Shown: positions 1 to 5,142 of the stretch, piece by piece
Position numbering within the stretch: the first letter of the stretch is position 1
Layout of the letters: each line of letters starts with the position of its first letter
From: a virus
Lineage: Duplodnaviria; Heunggongvirae; Uroviricota; Caudoviricetes
Length of the DNA: 5,142 nt
Virus record (IMG/VR): IMGVR_UViG_2778261641_000001
Location: 1 to 5,142 of that record
Direction: 5' to 3' (one strand)
The notes under the pieces: model-generated
Databases searched by the model: none
The model's input: only the letters and a program-made list of their open reading frames with translations
What the model was told of the DNA's origin: nothing
Position numbers and translations under genes: made by a program

Positions 1-507
1 AAAGATTTAAACGCCACTCAGGCAGCTATCAGGGCGGGTTACAGCGAGAAAACTGCTCGCGCCACTGGTAGCGAGAACCTGTCAAAACCTGACATAGCAG
101 ATCGCATTGCTGAGCTAAAGGCTGAACGCAATGAAGAGGTAGGTATAGACGCTGCCTATGTATTGCGACGGCTGACTGAAATCGATCAGATGGACGTGCT
201 TGACATTCTGCTTGCCAATGGCGAACTGAAGCCGATTAAAGACTGGCCTAAGGTGTGGCGTACAACGCTATCAGGAATGGATGTCGTCGAGATGGCATCA
301 GCAGATAGTGCTGCTCTCCTGAAGAAAATCAAATGGCCTGATAAGGTTAAAAACCTTGAGTTGCTCGGGCGTCATGTTTCTGTTCAGGCGTTTAAAGACA
401 ATGTCAAAAATGAAGTGACTGGTGCTGACGGAGGACCAGTCAGAACAGAAATTACCAACTTAACGCCGGAGCAGGCTGCAGAAGCGTATAAAAAAATGAT
501 GGGCTAA
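1..507 (+). CDS. terS: Terminase small subunit (Terminase_2-like), 5'-truncated by the window start; C-terminal ~169 codons present
   Basis: Frame 1 is open from position 1 to TAA at 505..507. Translation from base 1 begins [42 protein letters not shown], which matches the N-terminal helix-turn-helix signature of small terminases (NATQAA..AGYS..TA pattern) as I recall it. The ORF track's 163..507 is only the first internal Met. Sits immediately upstream of the large terminase with a 2-nt gap. Confidence 0.85.
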   Translation, partial: KDLNATQAAIRAGYSEKTARATGSENLSKPDIADRIAELKAERNEEVGIDAAYVLRRLTEIDQMDVLDILLANGELKPIKDWPKVWRTTLSGMDVVEMASADSAALLKKIKWPDKVKNLELLGRHVSVQAFKDNVKNEVTGADGGPVRTEITNLTPEQAAEAYKKMMG

Positions 508-509
508 GT

Positions 510-2132
510 ATGCCGTTACCATTTCCCTTCGATTTTAAACATCCTGATTACCAGATGGTTTTTGAATGGCGGATGGAACGCTTACAGCGCATTCGCCAGA
601 ACCCTGAAATATTGCCAGCACTAAAACAGTTTTACCGAACCAACCCGGCTCAGTTCATCATCGACTGGGGCATGACAACGGACCCGCGTAATATTGATTA
701 TGGCCTGCCGGTGACCATTCCGTTTTTACTCTTCCCTAAGCAGGAGGAGTGGATCCACTGGATTATGGAACGCTGGGGCAATCGGGAGAATGGTATTACC
801 GAAAAATCCCGTGAAATGGGGCTCAGTTGGACCGCGATCGGACTGGCCTGCTCGCTTTGTCTCTTCAACAAAGAAATGGTTATCGGTTTCGGCTCCCGTA
901 AAGAGGAATACGTCGACAGCACCGGTGACCCGAAAGCATTGTTCTGGAAGGCGCGCAAGTTCGTGGAAACACTACCTGTAGAGTTTCGCGGTTCGTGGAG
1001 CGAGAAGAAGCACGCGCCATATATGCGTGTTGAGTTTCCTGAAACTGGTGCAGTTATCAAAGGCGAGGCTGGCGATAATATTGGTCGTGGTGACCGTACC
1101 ACGCTTTATCTGGTTGATGAGGCTGCATTCCTTCAGCGTCCTCTGCTGATTGATGCGGCGTTGTCACAAACGACGCGTTGCCGTATCGACCTGAGTTCAG
1201 TTAACGGCATGGCTAACCCGTTCGCTCAGAAGCGTCATGGCGGGAAGATACCGGTATTCACATTCCACTGGCGGGATGATCCTCGCAAGGATGAAGAGTG
1301 GTATCGCAGGGAATGCGAGAAAATCGATAATCCGGTGGTGGTGGCACAGGAACTTGATCTGAACTACAGCGCATCAGCGGAAGGCGTCCTGATTCCATCC
1401 GAATGGGTACAGGCTGCCGTTGATGCACATATCAAACTGGGTATCCAGCCAACAGGCAAACGACTTGGCGCGATGGATGTCGCTGATGAAGGCAGGGACA
1501 AAAATGCCTTTTCCACCCGTCATGGCTTCCTCCTGGAAAATGTGCGGGAATGGTCTGGTGTGGGCAGCGACATTTATCAGTCCGTCGAGAAGGTCTTCGG
1601 TTTTTGCGAACAGGACAACCTCGAAGAGTTTCGCTTTGACGAGGACGGGTTGGGCGCTGGCGTTCGCGGCGATGCACGCGCTATCAACGAACTGCGTAAC
1701 GCTGCGCGCCGACCGTCAATACTCGCCACACCGTTTCGAGGTAGTGGCGCGGTATTTGATCCGGATGATGAAGCTGTTCGCGGGGACAACGGGCAAGCCG
1801 CACGTCTGAACAAGGACTTCTTCGCTAACGCCAAAGCCCAGAGCTGGTGGCGGTTACGTAAACTTTTTCAGAATACCTGGCGCGCCGTGGTTGAAGGTAT
1901 GGATTACAACCCGGACGAAATCATCTCAATCAGCAGTAGCATGGCACTCAAAGATAAACTCATCATCGAGCTTTCGCAGCCGACCTATTCCATTAATGGT
2001 GTGGGAAAAATCGTTATTGATAAACAGCCTGATGGAACCCGGTCGCCAAACCTTGCCGACTCGGTGATGATCAGCTACGCGCCAATGAATTCAGCCCTGA
2101 ACATCTGGGAGCTGCTAGGGAGACAGGCCTGA
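510..2132 (+). CDS. terL: Terminase large subunit (ATPase plus nuclease), 540 aa
   Basis: Deviant Walker A-like motif KSREMGLS at 804..827, resembling the lambda gpA KSARVGYS / T4 gp17 SRQLGKT type. Walker B-like LYLVDE at 1104..1121 (hydrophobic run then DE). C-terminal half carries acidic motifs expected of the RNase H-like nuclease domain ([24 protein letters not shown]). Position between terS and portal is canonical. Start ATG at 510 is 2 nt after the terS stop. Confidence 0.9.
   Translation: MPLPFPFDFKHPDYQMVFEWRMERLQRIRQNPEILPALKQFYRTNPAQFIIDWGMTTDPRNIDYGLPVTIPFLLFPKQEEWIHWIMERWGNRENGITEKSREMGLSWTAIGLACSLCLFNKEMVIGFGSRKEEYVDSTGDPKALFWKARKFVETLPVEFRGSWSEKKHAPYMRVEFPETGAVIKGEAGDNIGRGDRTTLYLVDEAAFLQRPLLIDAALSQTTRCRIDLSSVNGMANPFAQKRHGGKIPVFTFHWRDDPRKDEEWYRRECEKIDNPVVVAQELDLNYSASAEGVLIPSEWVQAAVDAHIKLGIQPTGKRLGAMDVADEGRDKNAFSTRHGFLLENVREWSGVGSDIYQSVEKVFGFCEQDNLEEFRFDEDGLGAGVRGDARAINELRNAARRPSILATPFRGSGAVFDPDDEAVRGDNGQAARLNKDFFANAKAQSWWRLRKLFQNTWRAVVEGMDYNPDEIISISSSMALKDKLIIELSQPTYSINGVGKIVIDKQPDGTRSPNLADSVMISYAPMNSALNIWELLGRQA
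2118..2123 (+). promoter_or_regulatory. Shine-Dalgarno (GGGAGA) for the portal gene, located inside the 3' end of terL
   Basis: GGGAGA about 9 nt upstream of ATG 2132. The terL stop and portal start overlap as TGATG, consistent with translational coupling. Confidence 0.5.
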
Positions 2133-3598
2133 TGGCACGAAACAAACAAGCCCTGCGGAGAACTGCGCAGGCCACCGCTGATGGCTATGAGAACTTTGTC
2201 GCCCGCGTGGGGATGCAGACGCCTAACCAGCACTCAGCATCGACCTACCGGGCGAACTTCACTAGCCGCAACCGCATGCTGGTGGAATGGTCATATCGCG
2301 GATCGTGGGTTATCGGCGAAGCGGTCGACGCTATCCCGGATGATATGACCCGCAAAGGCATTCGCATCACTTCGGAAATTGATGCAAAAGATCGCGGCAT
2401 TCTCGAATCACAACTGGATGAGTTGCAAATCTGGGATGCGCTGAACGACGTGCTGAAATGGTCGCGTCTCTACGGCGGCGCGGTGGGTTTCATCATGATT
2501 GAGGGGCAGGCACCAATGACCCCGCTGCGGCTCGAAACCATTGGAGAAGGCAAGTTTAAGGGCATTCTCCCGCTCGACCGCTGGATGATCAACCCGGTCC
2601 TGACCCGCCGCATTAAAGAGATGGGGCCAGATCTCGGCAAACCTGAGTTTTACGACGTGGTGACCACTGCAACGGGCATCCCGGCCTGGCGCATCCATCA
2701 CAGCCGCCTGATTCGCTTCGATGGCGTCACGCTGCCATTCCAGCAGAAGATGACCGAGAACGAATGGGGAATGTCGGTTGTAGAGCGAATCTGGGATCGG
2801 CTTACTGCGTTCGACAGCGCCACTGTCGGCGCGGCGCAGCTGGTCTACAAAGCGCATTTGCGTACCTACAGCGTGGAGAAGCTACGCGAGCTTATCGCAC
2901 TTGGTGGTCCTGCGTATGAAGCGTTGCTGAAGAACATCGACCTGATCCGCCAGTTCCAGAGCAATGAAGGCATGACGCTCATGGACTCGCGGGATAAGTT
3001 CGAAACCCACCAGTACAGCTTCAGCGGTCTGGATGACATTCTTTCGCAGTTCGCTGAGCAGATCAGCGGTGCCGTTGGTATCCCACTGGTGAGGTTGTTC
3101 GGACAGTCCCCGAAAGGATTTTCTACCGGTGATGCAGACCTTGCCAACTATTACGACCGGGTGAGCTCATTGCAGGAGCGCCGCTTACGGCTGCCGATGC
3201 GCCGGATACTGGACATTATGCACCGCTCGGAACTCGGTAAGCCGCTGCCGGACGATTTCACGTTTGAGTTTAACCCGCTATGGCAAATGTCTGACGTTGA
3301 CCGCTCAACGGTGGCCGTAAACACCACCAACGCGATCAGCACCGCGCTGGGCGACGGATTGATGACGCGTAAGGCGGCGATGACCGACCTGCGAGAAAAC
3401 TCTGACGTCACCGGCATCGGGGCATCCATTACCGACGAGGACATAGAGAATGCCGAAGACGAAGCGCCGCCAGGTATCGGCGAACTTGGCGACAAACCGC
3501 CAGAGTCGCCAGGCGGAGATCCGATATCGAACGAGCCTACGGCAGATAGCGCGGGCGGTCGGGGATATCGTAAATGGGCGCTACGATGGTTCAAATGA
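2132..3598 (+). CDS. Phage portal protein, 488 aa (family not assigned; possibly the portal type that co-occurs with MuF/DUF2213 modules)
   Basis: Long ORF immediately after terL, with ATG overlapping the terL stop (TGATG at 2130..2134) and a GGGAGA Shine-Dalgarno 9 nt upstream. Size and position between terminase and head morphogenesis gene are typical of portals. C-terminal ~55 residues are acidic, Pro/Gly-rich and low complexity. Assignment rests mainly on synteny and size; I did not recognise a specific motif. Confidence 0.75.
   Translation: MARNKQALRRTAQATADGYENFVARVGMQTPNQHSASTYRANFTSRNRMLVEWSYRGSWVIGEAVDAIPDDMTRKGIRITSEIDAKDRGILESQLDELQIWDALNDVLKWSRLYGGAVGFIMIEGQAPMTPLRLETIGEGKFKGILPLDRWMINPVLTRRIKEMGPDLGKPEFYDVVTTATGIPAWRIHHSRLIRFDGVTLPFQQKMTENEWGMSVVERIWDRLTAFDSATVGAAQLVYKAHLRTYSVEKLRELIALGGPAYEALLKNIDLIRQFQSNEGMTLMDSRDKFETHQYSFSGLDDILSQFAEQISGAVGIPLVRLFGQSPKGFSTGDADLANYYDRVSSLQERRLRLPMRRILDIMHRSELGKPLPDDFTFEFNPLWQMSDVDRSTVAVNTTNAISTALGDGLMTRKAAMTDLRENSDVTGIGASITDEDIENAEDEAPPGIGELGDKPPESPGGDPISNEPTADSAGGRGYRKWALRWFK
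3437..3440 (+). promoter_or_regulatory. Shine-Dalgarno (GAGG) for the MuF-like gene, located inside the portal coding sequence
   Basis: GAGG with 9-nt spacing to ATG 3450. This supports 3450 as the real start despite the 149-nt overlap with the portal. Confidence 0.45.
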
Positions 3599-4223
3599 TA
3601 GCGTTACCGAAATAATGGATGCGCTGGAGCGCTACAGCGAAATCATCACCCCCTGGGCGACGAAGGTAGCTGAGAACTTCACCGCAGACATAGCGCGCCA
3701 GAATGAAAAGCAGTGGCGTCAACACAGCCGGAACATCAGTGCAGAGCTGCGCAACATGGTTGACCGCGCCCCGGTAGGCCAGGTGATGAAATCCATCGTC
3801 GCCGAGCAAATTAAGTACATCAAGTCACTGCCTCTTGAGGCCGCCGATCGGGTGTATGACATTCAGAACAAGGCCATCGAGGCCGTTGTGTCTGGTGGCC
3901 GCGCTGAACCATTCGCGAAAGAGATAGCAGCGTCCGGTGACGTGTCACTCTCACGAGCGAAACTTATCGCCCGTACCGAGCTTGGACGTGCAACCGGCGC
4001 GCTGGATCAGGCGCGTGCGCTGTCAATCGGCTCGAATGGTTATATCTGGCGTACAGCCGAAGATGGCGACGTCCGGCATTCTCATCGGGAGATGGAAGGT
4101 AAGTTTGTCGAATGGGGCAAACCTCCAACGCTTGATGGCATGACCGGTCACGCTGGCGAGCTCCCGAATTGTCGCTGTTATAAAGAAATCGTTTTTCCCA
4201 ACCCTCATTCTTATCTCGCCTGA
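3450..4223 (+). CDS. Head morphogenesis protein, Mu F / SPP1 gp7 family, 257 aa; start codon uncertain
   Basis: C-terminal signature of the Phage_Mu_F domain: DVRHSH at 4068..4085 and PNCRCY with NCRC at 4167..4178, separated by a W/G/P-containing spacer (EMEGKFVEWGKPPTLDGMTGHAGELPNCRC). Follows the portal as expected. ATG at 3450 has GAGG at 3437..3440 with 9-nt spacing, but this start overlaps the portal ORF by 149 nt in a different frame. Next in-frame ATG is 3615, with no obvious Shine-Dalgarno. Confidence 0.85.
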   Translation: MPKTKRRQVSANLATNRQSRQAEIRYRTSLRQIARAVGDIVNGRYDGSNDSVTEIMDALERYSEIITPWATKVAENFTADIARQNEKQWRQHSRNISAELRNMVDRAPVGQVMKSIVAEQIKYIKSLPLEAADRVYDIQNKAIEAVVSGGRAEPFAKEIAASGDVSLSRAKLIARTELGRATGALDQARALSIGSNGYIWRTAEDGDVRHSHREMEGKFVEWGKPPTLDGMTGHAGELPNCRCYKEIVFPNPHSYLA

Positions 4224-4237
4224 ATCGCAGGTAAACC

Positions 4238-5142
4238 ATGAAATATTTTTTCAATACCCGGCTGGGGGAAACCCGCTATCAGCTGGCTGACGGCTCGCTG
4301 CTGTGCAAAGACGTGCCGATAGGTCGAACGGGTAAGCAGCTCTATGGCGCTGCCGATCTGCCAAACCTCAAACCCGACAAGCTCGGTGAGATAGTCGTAA
4401 CGCGTTCTCCTGAGCAGGTATTCCATCCGGCCACGCTCGCCTCATTCGAAGGGATGAGCATCACGATCCTGCATCCTGAAGATGAAAACGGGAATGTGCG
4501 GCTGGTAAATCCCGAGAACTGGAAAGAGCTTGCGGTCGGGCACCTCCAGAATGTCCGGCGCGGGACGGGTGAGCAGTCTGATTTGATGCTGGCTGACCTT
4601 ATCGTCAAAGACGAAAACGCCATTCAGCTTATCGAAGATGGCCTGCGTGAAGTGTCGTGCGGCTATGACGCGGAGTACGAGCAGACCGAGCCAGGTAAAG
4701 CCGAGCAGGTCGATATTACCGGAAACCATGTGGCTCTTGTCCCCAAAGGCAGAGCCGGAAATCGTTGTGCAATTGGAGACAGAGACACAATGGCAAATCA
4801 AAAGAAAAACTGGTGGAACCGCATGCGTGCAGCCATCAAGACAGGAGATGCCGACACCATGAACGAACTGGTGGAGTCGGCTCCCGCATCGGTTACAGGA
4901 GATGAGGGGGATTTGCCGCAGGGCGTTAATCTCAACATCAACCTGTCCCCGCAGCAACCACTACCGGACAAAGCACCAGAGATGGGTGGAGGTCCAACCG
5001 GCGACAGTGATGATGACCTCAAAACATTACTGAAAGCCCTGTTGGCTAAGCTGGAAGGAAATGCGACGGGCGATAACGACAATAAGCCTGACGATAATCC
5101 GACCGGTGACGGCGAGGACGATGAAGAGGAAACCACGATTAC
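4238..5142 (+). CDS. DUF2213-like phage head protein (putative scaffold or prohead-protease-like), 3'-truncated by the window end; 301 codons visible
   Basis: ATG at 4238 with AGGT 5 nt upstream. Frame is open to the window end; I translated it codon by codon and found no stop. N-terminal ~180 aa contains motifs I associate with the DUF2213 family ([33 protein letters not shown]). Remainder is acidic, low-complexity and helix-like ([38 protein letters not shown]). Canonical position after the MuF-like gene and before an expected major capsid gene. Confidence 0.7.
   Translation, partial: MKYFFNTRLGETRYQLADGSLLCKDVPIGRTGKQLYGAADLPNLKPDKLGEIVVTRSPEQVFHPATLASFEGMSITILHPEDENGNVRLVNPENWKELAVGHLQNVRRGTGEQSDLMLADLIVKDENAIQLIEDGLREVSCGYDAEYEQTEPGKAEQVDITGNHVALVPKGRAGNRCAIGDRDTMANQKKNWWNRMRAAIKTGDADTMNELVESAPASVTGDEGDLPQGVNLNINLSPQQPLPDKAPEMGGGPTGDSDDDLKTLLKALLAKLEGNATGDNDNKPDDNPTGDGEDDEEETTI

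Noticed and set aside
1-600. Apparent lower GC in the terS / early terL region suggesting a mosaic recombination joint
   Set aside because: The difference is small on inspection and within normal gene-to-gene variation. It cannot be substantiated without computing windowed GC and comparing related phages.
698-1102. Minus-strand ORF of 134 aa antisense to terL, plus nested same-strand ORFs 790..981 and 1420..1809 and minus ORFs 1432..1677 and 1577..1834
   Set aside because: All lie entirely within the terL coding region, which has clear ATPase and nuclease motifs in its own frame. Their translations are low-complexity (Ser/Pro/Arg-rich), as expected from reading a GC-biased gene in the wrong frame. 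No convincing start context was seen.
2408-3594. Minus-strand ORFs 2408..2857 (149 aa), 2866..3147 (93 aa) and 3151..3594 (147 aa) antisense to the portal gene
   Set aside because: They are embedded in the portal ORF, which is supported by synteny and coupling. The translations are Ser/Pro/Arg-rich with no recognisable domain. Most likely frame artefacts.
3450-3598. Programmed ribosomal frameshift fusing portal and MuF-like frames
   Set aside because: I found no slippery heptamer (X XXY YYZ) in the overlap when reading the portal-frame codons. The MuF-like frame has its own ATG and Shine-Dalgarno, so independent initiation is the simpler explanation.
3450-4223. MuF-like protein as carrier of a polymorphic toxin domain (MuF-fused toxins are described in temperate phages)
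   Set aside because: The protein ends only about 14 residues after the NCRC motif (257 aa in total), so there is no C-terminal extension that could hold a toxin domain, and the next gene starts 14 nt later.
3591-4254. Minus ORFs 3591..3809, 3964..4254, 4023..4208, 4211..4426 and + ORF 3937..4143, overlapping the MuF-like gene
   Set aside because: The MuF-like frame carries the diagnostic HxH...NCRC signature. The overlapping ORFs are short and lack motifs, so they are treated as spurious.
4442-5136. Minus-strand ORFs 4442..4957 (171 aa) and 4798..5136 (112 aa, poly-Ser-rich), and + ORF 4638..4862
   Set aside because: They are antisense to, or out of frame with, the DUF2213-like gene. The poly-Ser translation is the mirror of the acidic GAx-rich codons on the + strand. 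No independent support.
1-5142. Defence or anti-defence system, CRISPR array, tRNA, or insertion element hidden in the module
   Set aside because: Coding density is essentially 100% on the + strand with recognisable structural genes. There are no direct-repeat arrays, no intergenic gaps longer than 14 nt, and no inverted-repeat-flanked insert visible.

Overview
The window is a tightly packed, single-strand (+) block of tailed-phage (Caudoviricetes) DNA-packaging and head-morphogenesis genes, most likely part of a prophage or phage late operon in an enteric-like host (inferred from GC content and codon style). In order: the 3' part of a small terminase subunit (1..507, truncated by the window start), a large terminase subunit (510..2132), a portal protein (2132..3598), a Mu F / SPP1 gp7-like head morphogenesis protein (3450..4223), and the 5' part of a DUF2213-like head protein with an acidic C-terminal extension (4238..5142, runs off the window end and is absent from the supplied ORF track for that reason). 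Gene junctions are a 2-nt gap, a 1-nt TGATG overlap, a 149-nt out-of-frame overlap and a 14-nt gap, so there is no room for promoters, terminators, RNA genes or inserted cargo. I found no CRISPR array, tRNA, mobile element or defence/anti-defence candidate. I do not see a novel system here; this is an ordinary structural module. The points worth a second look are the long portal/MuF overlap, a possible nested in-frame start in the DUF2213 gene, and the low-complexity acidic tails. All family assignments rest on motifs read by eye and recalled family signatures; no database search was run.
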